Under the pieces are notes generated by a model. That model was not told the DNA's origin. It was given only the letters and a program-made list of their open reading frames with translations, and ran no database searches. DNA of 56,008 nucleotides from Bacteroidota bacterium (lineage in GTDB: Bacteria; Bacteroidota; Bacteroidia; Bacteroidales; FEN-979), in assembly GCA_016868575.1 (NCBI GenBank), contig VGGL01000006.1, positions 1 to 56,008 of the forward strand, in the 5' to 3' direction. Within the stretch, counting starts at the first letter, position 1; the number at the start of each line of letters is the position of its first letter. Below are positions 41,508-50,774 of this stretch, in pieces. A program made the position numbers and the translations under genes.

Positions 41508-42140
41508 TCAATGTTTTGAAAGATAATCGGATACCCCTTCATGGGTAGCTTTCATCGCCTCTTTACCCGTGTTCCAGTTAGCCGGGCAAACCTCTCCATT
41601 TTCTTCAAAAAACTGGAGGGCGTCCACCATCCGGATGGCTTCATCGATATTTCTTCCCAGGGGAAGGTCGTTCACCACCTGATGCCGGACAACGCCTTGC
41701 TTATCGATGAGAAAAAGTCCACGGTAGGCCACGGCATCTCCATCGAATTCCATCTCGCCATCTTCATTATAAATATAATCACCGGCCAGCACATCATAGT
41801 TCACTGAGATGGTTTTTGACAAGTCAGAGACGAGGGGAAATGACACTCCCTTGATACCACCCTTATTCCTATCCATATTCAGCCATGCCCAATGCGAGAA
41901 CTTGGAGTCGATGGAACACCCAACAATGGCCACATTCCGTTTTTCAAACTCCTTGATCTTCTCCTGGAAGGCCAGGATCTCGGTTGGGCAAACAAAGGTA
42001 AAATCAAGTGGATAGAAAAAGAAGATCACATATTTCTTTCCGATGTATTGTTCCAGTGAGAACTTCTCAACAAATTCACTCCCGTTGATGACCGCATCCG
42101 CTTCAAACAAAGGGGCTTTTTTTCCTACTAATATTGCCAT
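41508..42140 (-). CDS. ahpC: 2-Cys peroxiredoxin (AhpC/TSA)
   Basis: FYPLDFTFVCPTE, RGLFLID, LGRNIDE, EVCPANW. -7 element TAATTTTG at 42172-42179. Confidence 0.93.
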   Translation of the reverse strand: MAILVGKKAPLFEADAVINGSEFVEKFSLEQYIGKKYVIFFFYPLDFTFVCPTEILAFQEKIKEFEKRNVAIVGCSIDSKFSHWAWLNMDRNKGGIKGVSFPLVSDLSKTISVNYDVLAGDYIYNEDGEMEFDGDAVAYRGLFLIDKQGVVRHQVVNDLPLGRNIDEAIRMVDALQFFEENGEVCPANWNTGKEAMKATHEGVSDYLSKH

Positions 42141-42200
42141 ATTTAGAATCGTTTTTTTTGATTTGACCCGGCAAAATTACAGAAAAACCACAAAATAAAA

Positions 42201-42237
42201 CATCCCGGGGTTCCTGCTTGAGGAAACACCCGGGATG
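42201..42237 (-). terminator. Intrinsic terminator of the minus-strand gene ending at 42283
   Basis: Hairpin CATCCCGGG.TTCCT-gcttg-AGGAA...CCCGGGATG with a TTTTATTTTG tail on -. Confidence 0.75.
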
Positions 42238-42282
42238 ATGCATGGTGGTTATGGGGTTCAGTATTTTCTTCCACTTATCCTG

Positions 42283-42722
42283 TTAACGCTTATCAGGAGG
42301 AGGTGGAACATTTGGTTCCTGTGGCGGGGCTGGAGGAGATTCAGGTGCTGTTGATTTTTGTGCCTCGGACTTCTTCTTAATAATGATTACCAGGTCATCT
42401 TCTATTTCGATGATAATCTTTTTATATCCCTTTCTATCCTTGACTTCAAATCTTTTGATCTTGTCCATCGGAAAGGATTCCATCCAACTTCCAATGCCCT
42501 GCATATCCGGAATACCAAATTGGCGTCCAAATTGTTGTTGTATCTCCCGCTCCATGCAGCGCTCGTCCTCATCCTCATAGAACTCTTCCATATCTACATC
42601 TATATCTTCCGGAAAGAACTCGAAATCAAACATTTCCGGAGTCACCTGCATCCTGACCGCTTTTCTGATCCTATCCGGAAGATCAACCAATGAATCCTGG
42701 AATATCTTCCATGCAGAATCAT
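42283..42722 (-). pseudogene. 3' fragment of a hypothetical protein gene (5' end missing)
   Basis: Protein-like from NDSAWKIFQDSL to a Pro-rich end followed by a terminator. Upstream of about 42722 the plausible coding sense switches to the + strand. Confidence 0.55.
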
Positions 42723-44186
42723 TAGGGTCAGAGAAACACAGGATATCAGGGATACGCCAGTTGTCGTGTTCAGGAGTGCTCCACAAATCAAAGCTACAAG
42801 CACTCCACCGAGTCAATAGGAGAGAAGCCGGAAAATTTACCGCCAACAAACTAAGCCCAGGTCAGAAAACAGGGTGATCATCTTTGATGGAAGCGGGAGA
42901 TAAGAATTTCAGGAGATAGAGATCCCTGAAGTACCTGAACCACCGGATGAGCTGTTGTTGCAGTGGGAAATCAACCAGGAGGAGTTTTCGCGACAGATGG
43001 AACTGGTTCGCCTACTGAATGAAAGGTTGACGATAGAAGGGGTAAACATCGACTCGCTCCTCGGGAAAAATGGTCTCCATCTGATCCATCCTGATTTTTA
43101 TCAAAATTTCAACTTTATCTATGCTCGAGACAGTTTTGCATTGAATGATTACGGCTTTCCGACTGCTTTACCAGAAGAGGATGATACCTTTATCTCAACC
43201 TACAAGATCCTGCCAGGGATTCGGCCATTCCGGTTCATTCCAGCGGTTTTCCAATGGAAGCCGTCAATTCCGGTTACAAGGCCTCTCTCTTTCCGGCGGA
43301 TCTCCTGCTAAAGCCATCCTTTTTGATTCTCCACTTCCCTGATAAGCGCACCCACATTTTTCAATCCTTAGCCTGGTTGATGCCAGGATCAATGATTTTC
43401 TCAATCATCATAGTGATAGCAAGCCGGTTAAGTATTTATGTCATGCTGCGACAAAAGAAGATATCGGATATCAAGACCGATTTTATCAACAACATGTCAC
43501 ATGAGTTCAAGACACCCCTTGCAACGATCAATTTGGCAACGGATTCGATCCTGAGCCACCGGGTTATTGGGGATGAAAGCAAGGTAAAAGCTTTTACCGG
43601 GATTATCAAAGAGGAGAACAGAATGATGAACGGGCTTGTGGAGCATGTTCTGAATATGGCTTTACTTGACCGGAAGGCTTTCAAACTTGACCTGCAGCCA
43701 CACGATATACACGAAATGCTTGGTAAAGTGATCAACCAGGTGCAGCTACAGGTTGAAAAGAGGGAAGGGACTATAGTATTTGAACCCGGCGCAGCTCAAT
43801 ATCTGGCTGATGTGGACGAAGTACACTTATCAAATGTGTTTTTAAACATTCTGGACAATGCCATTAAGTATTCTCAGGGGCATTTAGAGATCATTGTAAG
43901 GACGCGCAATGCAAAGAAGCAGATCGGGATCATGTTTTCCGATTCGGGTATCGGGATGAGCCGTGAAACCCAAAAGCGGATTTTCGATAAATTCTACCGT
44001 GTATCCACAGGCAATATTCACAACATTAAAGGATTTGGCCTGGGGCTTAGCTATTCAAAGGCTATTGTTCTGGCTCATAAAGGAGATTTGATGGTTAATA
44101 GTGAGATAGGTAAAGGCAGTACCTTTGAGGTCCGATTGCCCCTGCGTACAGAAAACCCAATTGATCATCCCTTACAGGAAGGATAA
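42721..44186 (+). pseudogene. RprX-like sensor histidine kinase, disrupted (N-terminus missing, stops at 42817 and 42901, frameshift near 43200)
   Basis: Intact TM2, H-box NNMSHEFKTPL, N-box NILDNAIKYS, DSGIG and GFGLGL in 43203-44186. The upstream sensor sequence is in another frame with in-frame stops and no TM1. Confidence 0.75.
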
Positions 44187-44889
44187 TGAGCAGGAATAGA
44201 ATTAAAATATTACTGGTTGAAGATGATCCCATCTTCGGTTCTATTCTGAAGTCATACCTGGAGATACACGATATGGACGTTGTGCTGAAAGTTAATGGGA
44301 AACTGGGATTATCTGCTTTTCTTGGTGAGCCTTTTGATCTTTGTTTGCTGGATATTATGATGCCCGAGATGGATGGTTTTACACTTGCCAGGGAGATCCG
44401 GAAGATCAATCAACAGATCCCTTTCATTTTTTTAACAGCGAAGACATTGAAGGGAGATATTCCGGAGGGGTTCCGATGCGGGGCTGATGATTATATTACG
44501 AAGCCGTTTGATTCTGAGGTCTTGCTGATGAAAATTCAGGCTATTGTGAAGCGGCATCAAGGGTTAAAGGGAGCGGAAGATCCGCAAGTATATCCATTGG
44601 GGAGATATACTTTTCATTATCCCAACCGGATTTTACAGCACCCTGGGAATGAGATCCGGTTGACTCCAAAGGAGGCTGAATTGCTTAAAATGCTTTGCCA
44701 TTCAGGGGGAGATGTGCTTCCCAGGCATGATGCCTTGCTGAAAATATGGGGCAATGACAGTTATTTTAATGCCCGCAGCATGGACGTTTTCCTGGCAAGG
44801 TTGAGAAAATACCTGAAAGCTGATCCTTCCATTGAGATCATCAATGTATACATGGCAATGGGTTTCGCCTGGTGGTGAGGCACTCCTAA
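44186..44889 (+). CDS. RprY-like OmpR-family response regulator with a 2 bp frameshift near the 3' end
   Basis: LLVEDD, LLDIMMP, FLTAK, GADDYITKPF, LTPKE, FNARSMDVFLARLRKYL. Removing 'ta' at about 44849 restores the wing NVHGNGFRLVVRHS* (stop 44889). Confidence 0.88.
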
Positions 44890-44928
44890 TATTGATCTAT
44901 CCCCTTATTCATCTATTGAAATAAGCTA

Positions 44929-44936
44929 TACATTTG
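44929..44936 (+). promoter_or_regulatory. -7 promoter element (TACATTTG) for the symporter
   Basis: Exact TAnnTTTG match 22 bp upstream of ATG 44959. Confidence 0.6.
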
Positions 44937-44958
44937 CGGAGTAACGTTTACCTCCATC

Positions 44959-45591
44959 ATGATGCTGTCAAAACGCCTGCTTGGGATATTGCTGATCGTT
45001 CTTTTGTTCATTATTTGTTGTCTTTACCTTGTTAACAACTTCCTTACTCCGGTAGTTTCCGATTCCGTTCTGGCCGGGTTCCGGTGGGGTTTTCTGTTCA
45101 TTCTGATCCTGTTTGCCATTTCCCGGAACACTTTGACCACCTACATTTTAGTAAGCATGCTGCTGGGGGCAGAGTTTGGCCATCAGTTACCCGGGATTGC
45201 CGTTCACTTGAATGTGATCGGTAAGATATTTCTTAGGCTTATAAAAACCATCATTGCTCCCCTGCTTTTTGGCACGCTGGTAGTTGGTATTGCCGGGCAT
45301 GCCAATCTCAGGCAAATCGGGAGATTAGGATGGAAGTCGATCATTTACTTTGAGGTTGTATCAACCATTGCCTTGTTCATTGGTCTGGCTGCGATCAACA
45401 TCTCTCAGGCAGGGATTGGGGTTAATGTCCCCGCCAATATAGAAACCAGCCAGGTTCCGGTAATCCAGAAGCAAAGTTGGGAAGACATCATCCTGCATAT
45501 CTTTCCAGAGAACATAGCCCGGTCGATTTACGAGGGGCAGGTTTTGCAGATCGTTGTATTCAGTATTTTGTTTGGTATTGCAGTTGCATTG
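44959..45591 (+). pseudogene. Dicarboxylate/amino acid:cation symporter (GltP/DctA family), 3' half missing
   Basis: IFLRLIKTIIAPLLFGTLVVGI, YFEVVSTIAL, IFPEN, VLQIVVFSILFGIAVAL, then unrelated sequence. The SS(S)xxLP and FNxDG transport motifs are absent. Confidence 0.8.
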
Positions 45592-45646
45592 CGAAGTGGG
45601 AGGGCGCGTATTCACCCATGGTCAATGATCCACCAGGTTGAAATCC

Positions 45647-46711
45647 ATGCCCATTTTTTATTGTGGCTATGTAAATACACCAACACCAGAAGACATGAAC
45701 GGAACAGGACCCCTAACAAACCTGGAAATCAACAGTTTTCTTGAAATCCCCGAGCATGCATCCATTTGCCTTGGCTTTGACTTCCAGGTATTGAAAAAGA
45801 ACCAGTTGCTATTCTTTTTTAAACCTGAATGCTTTCCAGCAGGAAGACCGGACACGACGAAAAGAATATTTCAGCTCATTCAGAAAAAGTTTGAGGCTTA
45901 TCACCTGCTCATCAGCGGGGCTATTATGGTACCGGGTGAAGTGCTCAGGAAAACGGGAATTATGGATGCCCATTATCAGTACATCAATACCCTTTCCCGC
46001 GGCGGGTCACACATCATCTCCACCAAAGAAAAAGAAGCGATTTTGCACCATCTTGGGGTTGATCCGGAGATAAAAATTACCATCCTGGGCGGGCATGAAG
46101 TACTCACTCAGCATCCCGGTCCGGATGAAAAAGAATTAAACCGGATCTGGCTACAGGGTAAGCATTTCAAATTGAAAAGCGGGTTTTATTATGGCCGTTT
46201 TCACATTGGCTCAGAGGAGATCATCATCATCAATGGATTTCATCCGCAACAGCTCAGTTATTTTACCGGATGGGAAAAACGGATTCTTGTTCTTCTGCTG
46301 AACTCCGACACTTCCTGGGAACGACTTAAAATGGAGTTGACGGGTGAGACGGATCCTGCCAAAGCGTCACCCGGCTCTATCCGAAGGGATCTATTGGATC
46401 AGGCGCTTGAACTTGATCTTGAAGACGTTTCTGTCTCCAGGAATTATGTTCATCTGTCTGCCGGCCCTTTTGAAGCGATGTATGAAACGGATAATTTCTT
46501 TTCCAGGTTAGTTATTCCCGGCTATGAGATCGGTCAGACGCAGATGGGTCGTTTGATGCAACAAGCAAACGTTCCTACGGAGTTACAGATCAAGGCCTTA
46601 ACAAATCCGGTGTATCAAACTTCAGGTGGCTTGCAATCGCTATTCTCAGCAACTGAGAACTATGACAGTTTGCCGGCTGTTGAGAAATACATAGCGTTAC
46701 AGCATGCTTAA
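45647..46711 (+). CDS. Divergent nucleoside-diphosphate-kinase-like protein (about 354 aa; alternative TTG start 45638)
   Basis: FFFKPE (cf. NDK IKPD), GETDPAKASPGSIRRD (Kpn loop) and RNYVHLSAGPFEA (cf. catalytic NxxHGSDS). Confidence 0.65.
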   Translation: MPIFYCGYVNTPTPEDMNGTGPLTNLEINSFLEIPEHASICLGFDFQVLKKNQLLFFFKPECFPAGRPDTTKRIFQLIQKKFEAYHLLISGAIMVPGEVLRKTGIMDAHYQYINTLSRGGSHIISTKEKEAILHHLGVDPEIKITILGGHEVLTQHPGPDEKELNRIWLQGKHFKLKSGFYYGRFHIGSEEIIIINGFHPQQLSYFTGWEKRILVLLLNSDTSWERLKMELTGETDPAKASPGSIRRDLLDQALELDLEDVSVSRNYVHLSAGPFEAMYETDNFFSRLVIPGYEIGQTQMGRLMQQANVPTELQIKALTNPVYQTSGGLQSLFSATENYDSLPAVEKYIALQHA

Positions 46712-46755
46712 AGCGATCCGAAGAAATCCAACTTGTTAATACGAAGGAAAAGAAG

Positions 46756-48363
46756 TCACTTCGTCACACCCATCTCTTTCAGGATGAAGTCAGCTCCCGC
46801 CAGTTTTTCTGTGATAAACAGAACATAGCGAATATCGACGGAGATGACCCTTTGCAGGTCATAGTCATATTGCCAGTCGCTGATCATGGCTTCATAATTA
46901 CCGTCGAATACGACCCCGATGATCTCTCCTTTGGCATTGAGGATGGGGCTGCCGCTGCTCCCTCCGGTAATATCGCACATCGAGAGAAATGCAACAGGTA
47001 CATCCTTTAGGGCGGGATCCATCCACCGGCCGAAGTTTCTTTTTGCATACAAGTCAACAAGGGTTGCGGGGGCATTAAAAGGTTCTTTGCCGGTATTCTT
47101 ATTGATCACCCCTTTCAACGTGGTCTGGGGATGGTATGTCACAGCATCTGCCGGGTCATAGCCACGAACGGGGCCAAAGGAGAAGCGCATGGTTCCATTG
47201 GCATCCGGATACATGTTTTTCCCTTTCCACTCAAAGATACCATCGAGGTAGGTTTTTCTCAGCTCGGTGACATTGGCACCAAATCTTTCACTGGTAATCC
47301 TGATCTCTTCCGAAGTAGGGTACAAGGCGGCAGCCAGGTTGATAAAGGGATCATTCAATGCCTTGAGTTCAGCCGGCGTTTTTTTAACAAGGGTTTTTAC
47401 ATATTCAAGGTCTTTCATCCGTGTTGCTTTAAAAGCCTGGCCGGCAAATTGCTCAATGGTTTTTGATTTGTCATTCAGGATCGCGTTCAAACCTTCGATC
47501 TTTTGGTTTTGAGGAAGTTCCGCGGCCAATTTCAGGGATCTGATGAACAAAGCCTTCTCGGACGGTTCATAATAGTTGGCATAGGTGTATTGAAGTCCAT
47601 CAATGGCATCATTGATGGCATCTTCGTTCAATCCAGGTTGCCGCTCGCTTTCAGGTTTTTGCATTTCCATGGCAAGGCTATACAACTGACCGGCAACACT
47701 CAGGGGTACACCAGCTAAACCTTGGAATAACCGAAATACATTATCCCGGTCTTTTGTTTTCCTTATCACTTCGTATTCAGCTTTTTCCTTTTGCAGGATG
47801 GAACCATATTTTTCACGAAGAACCGGAGAGGTGTTGGTCCATTTGGTAAAATCCTGTTCGAAGTCGATCTTCTTTTGGAGGAAATTGGTCTTTTTCATTC
47901 CTTCCACTTTCCCCTGGTAATTCTTCATGACATTGGCAAGTCCTTTATTGAGGTTTGCCACCTTGAGCTTTCCTTCGGGGTCATTTTTTGTCAGGGATTC
48001 ATTCAATTCGATGATCTCTTTGAAATTGTCGATGGAGAAAGGATAGTTGTAATCCCGGTTCCATTGTACAGAGGTTGAGGATCTGTAGCGAGTGGTAAAT
48101 CCCGGGTAGCCCAGGACGAAGGTTAAATCGCCTACCCGGACTGGATCTTTTGCCACGCGGAGCCAAACTTTCGGATTGTAGGGGATATTGTTTTCGTCAT
48201 ATGCTTTTCCCGTTCCATCAGGAGATGAATAAACACGAAGGAAAGAGAAGTCACCGGTATGCCCGGGCCACATCCAGTTATCAATTTCGCCGCCATAGTT
48301 TCCAACCGAAAGGGGTGGCGCATAGACAATACGGACATCTTTAAATACCTTATAGACAAAGAC
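46756..48363 (-). pseudogene. S46 family dipeptidyl peptidase (DPP7-like), N-terminus missing
   Basis: DVRIVYAPP.SVGNYGGEIDNWMWPGHTGDFS, GYPG.TTRY, YPDANGTMR, DITGGSSGSP, FDGNYEA. The frame is blocked by TAG at 48364-48366; signal peptide and TNHHC (catalytic His) are absent. Confidence 0.85.
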
Positions 48364-48391
48364 CTATGCAAAAAGGTCAAAAACAGAAAGG

Positions 48392-48991
48392 CTATATGTA
48401 CTGTACCAGAATCTTCTTAATCTTCTCATAATCATAACAAACCGGAAACTGAGGAAAATCGTCGATCACATTTTGGGGAGGGCGGAAGAGGATACCGACA
48501 TCGGCTTGTTTGAGCATGCTGACATCATTGTAGGAATCGCCGAAAGCGATGACCTGATAGGTCAGACTCTGGAGCGCTTCAACAGTTTTTCTTTTGGGAT
48601 CAGGTTGACGGAGTTTATATCCGATGATGCGGTCGGTCTCATCGATGATCAGGGAGTGGCAGAAGAGGGTTGGTCTGTTGAGTTGTTTCATGAGGGGATC
48701 AGCGAACTGAATGAAGGTATCGGAAACCACAATGAGTTGTGTTCGTTCTTTCATCCATTCGATGAACTCAATTGCCCCCGGCAGGGGTTTGATCTGGGCG
48801 ATGACATTTTGGATATCCTTCAATTTCAGGCCATGTTCATCCAGGATTTTCATCCGATAGTGCATGAGTTTGTCATAGTCTGGTTCGTCGCGGGTGGTTC
48901 GGCGCAATGCCGGGATTCCGGTTTTTTCCGCAACATTGATCCACACTTCAGGAACGAAGACCCCTTCGAGGTCGGAGCAAAGGATATGCAT
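48392..48991 (-). CDS. thrH: Bifunctional phosphoserine phosphatase/homoserine phosphotransferase
   Basis: DLEGVFVPEVW, TTRDEPDYDKLM, SDTF, TLFCH, GDSYNDVSML. ATG 48991. Confidence 0.93.
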   Translation of the reverse strand: MHILCSDLEGVFVPEVWINVAEKTGIPALRRTTRDEPDYDKLMHYRMKILDEHGLKLKDIQNVIAQIKPLPGAIEFIEWMKERTQLIVVSDTFIQFADPLMKQLNRPTLFCHSLIIDETDRIIGYKLRQPDPKRKTVEALQSLTYQVIAFGDSYNDVSMLKQADVGILFRPPQNVIDDFPQFPVCYDYEKIKKILVQYI

Positions 48992-49007
48992 GTTAAAAAA
49001 GGTTTTA

Positions 49008-49580
49008 TCAGACAATACCGGCGAAACCCATGAAAGCCAGTGCCATCAGTCCGGCGACAATAAGAGAAATAGGCACCCCTTTCATCCCTTTTGGGACTTG
49101 CACAAGTTCCAGCTGTTCGCGGATGCCTGCAAACAGAATCAATGTGAGTCCAAAGCCAATGGCATTTCCGATGGCGAATATGATGCTTTCAAGCAGATTA
49201 AAATCCTTTTGAATAACCAGGATGGCAACGCCAAGGATGGCACAATTGGTTGTGATCAGTGGAAGATAGACACCCAGCGCCTGGTAGAGGGCAGGGCTTA
49301 CTTTCTTTAAAATGATTTCAACCATCTGAACAAGCGCTGCAATGATCAGGATATAAGTGATGGTTTGCATGAAACCAATCCCAAAAGGAACCAGGATGAA
49401 GGTATAAATCAGCCAAGTGACAATGGTAGCGAGCGTTATCACGAATAGGACGGCTGCGGCCATTCCTGTGGATGTCGAAATTTTCCCCGATACGCCCAAA
49501 AACGGGCATATTCCCAGGAACTGAGCCAGGACGATATTATTTACAAAAACCGTCGAGATGATAATGATGATATATTCCAT
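49008..49580 (-). CDS. rnfA: Rnf complex subunit A
   Basis: NNIVLAQFLGICPFLGVS, IAALVQMVE, LPLITTNCAILG, GLMALAFMGF. Confidence 0.96.
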   Translation of the reverse strand: MEYIIIIISTVFVNNIVLAQFLGICPFLGVSGKISTSTGMAAAVLFVITLATIVTWLIYTFILVPFGIGFMQTITYILIIAALVQMVEIILKKVSPALYQALGVYLPLITTNCAILGVAILVIQKDFNLLESIIFAIGNAIGFGLTLILFAGIREQLELVQVPKGMKGVPISLIVAGLMALAFMGFAGIV

Positions 49581-49591
49581 ATGCTCCTCCT

Positions 49592-50200
49592 CTATCGGGT
49601 TTTAAGGTGATTGATCAGGGCGATGATGAATCCGAGGGCAAGGAATGCGCCTGGAGCCAGGACAAAGACCAGCATGCCGTCGGTTGGGATCAGTTTTAGT
49701 CCGAAAAATGCATAATTTCCCAAGAGTTCCCTGACCGTTCCCAGGATTGCCAGCGAAAAGGCGAAACCAAGTCCCAGTCCCAATCCATCCAGGAAAGATT
49801 TAAAGACATTGTTTTTGGAGGCAAAGGCTTCTGCGCGGCCAAGCACAATACAGTTGACCACGATCAGTGGGATAAAGATTCCGAGGTTATCATAGAGACT
49901 GGGTTCCCCGTTAGGACCGGGGGTATTGAACCAGGCAGCCATCACCAGGTCGACGATTGTCACAAAAGAAGCGATGACGACGATGAAGGACGGGATTCTG
50001 ACTTTATCCGGGATCACATTTTTGATCAGGGAGATGACCACGTTGGACATTATGAGGACGAAGGTTGTTGCCAGTCCCATCCCGATTCCATTGATGGCAG
50101 AGGTGGTTGTTCCCAGTGTGGGGCACATCCCCAGCAACAAAACAAAGACCGGGTTTTCAGCAATGAAGCCTTTGGTAAATTCTCGCAGGTTTTTATTCAT
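49592..50200 (-). CDS. rnfE: Rnf complex subunit E
   Basis: ENPVFVLLGMCPTL-like N-terminus, VRIP, IPLIVVNCIVLGRAEAFASKN, LAPGAF. Confidence 0.96.
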   Translation of the reverse strand: MNKNLREFTKGFIAENPVFVLLLGMCPTLGTTTSAINGIGMGLATTFVLIMSNVVISLIKNVIPDKVRIPSFIVVIASFVTIVDLVMAAWFNTPGPNGEPSLYDNLGIFIPLIVVNCIVLGRAEAFASKNNVFKSFLDGLGLGLGFAFSLAILGTVRELLGNYAFFGLKLIPTDGMLVFVLAPGAFLALGFIIALINHLKTR

Positions 50201-50774
50201 GTTTACCTCCTTTCATGTAGGCATCGAAGGCCCTTTGGATAGCGTCACAGTATGCACGGGAAGTGATGGTTGATGCAGTAATGGCATCGACAGTACCCCC
50301 GTCTTTTTTAACTTTCAGTGCGAAGGTGAGGGGATCTTTTCCATTGAATTGATCCTTGAAAAATGGCTCGGTCATTTTGGTGCCCAGGCCCGGGGTTTCC
50401 TTTTGCTCCAGCACGGAGGTATTAAAGATTTTCCCATCGGGTGTGATTCCCACCATGACCCGAATCAGTCCGCTGAATCCGTTCATCGTATAGGATTCAA
50501 TGGCCGTTCCAACAAGTTCTCCAGATTTTTTCGCAGGGTAGCAGGTAAGGGTTCCTGTTCCGCCGGCTTCCGGGATGGTATAAGATTCTGTATTGGGGCT
50601 GTTATCAAAGTCCGGCACCACTTTTTTGATGGCGAAATTTTTCTTCATGCTTTCGGCTTCTGCTTTCGGGCCTTTGGTCAATTCATATACGATACCCAGC
50701 GCCAGGGAAGCTGCGAAAGTCACCAGGAACAATGTCATGGACATCGTCAGGAAGGTGGATTTCATTTTAGCCAT
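50193..50774 (-). CDS. rnfG: Rnf complex subunit G
   Basis: N-terminal TM, GFSG.I, ETPGLG, VKKDGG.VDAITASTITS (FMN-Thr motif). Confidence 0.95.
   Translation of the reverse strand: MAKMKSTFLTMSMTLFLVTFAASLALGIVYELTKGPKAEAESMKKNFAIKKVVPDFDNSPNTESYTIPEAGGTGTLTCYPAKKSGELVGTAIESYTMNGFSGLIRVMVGITPDGKIFNTSVLEQKETPGLGTKMTEPFFKDQFNGKDPLTFALKVKKDGGTVDAITASTITSRAYCDAIQRAFDAYMKGGKHE

Noticed and set aside
42817-42903. In-frame TAG and TAA in the kinase as possible stop-codon recoding
   Set aside because: TAG and TAA end many intact genes here (gcvP, folA, mazG, thrH, rnfE, gyrB), so the standard code applies and these are lesions or errors.
48364-48391. Polypyrimidine tract plus TAG|G resembling a splice acceptor before the S46 fragment
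   Set aside because: The context is bacterial, with no upstream exon or intron structure. It is most simply the T-rich thrH downstream region at a deletion junction.
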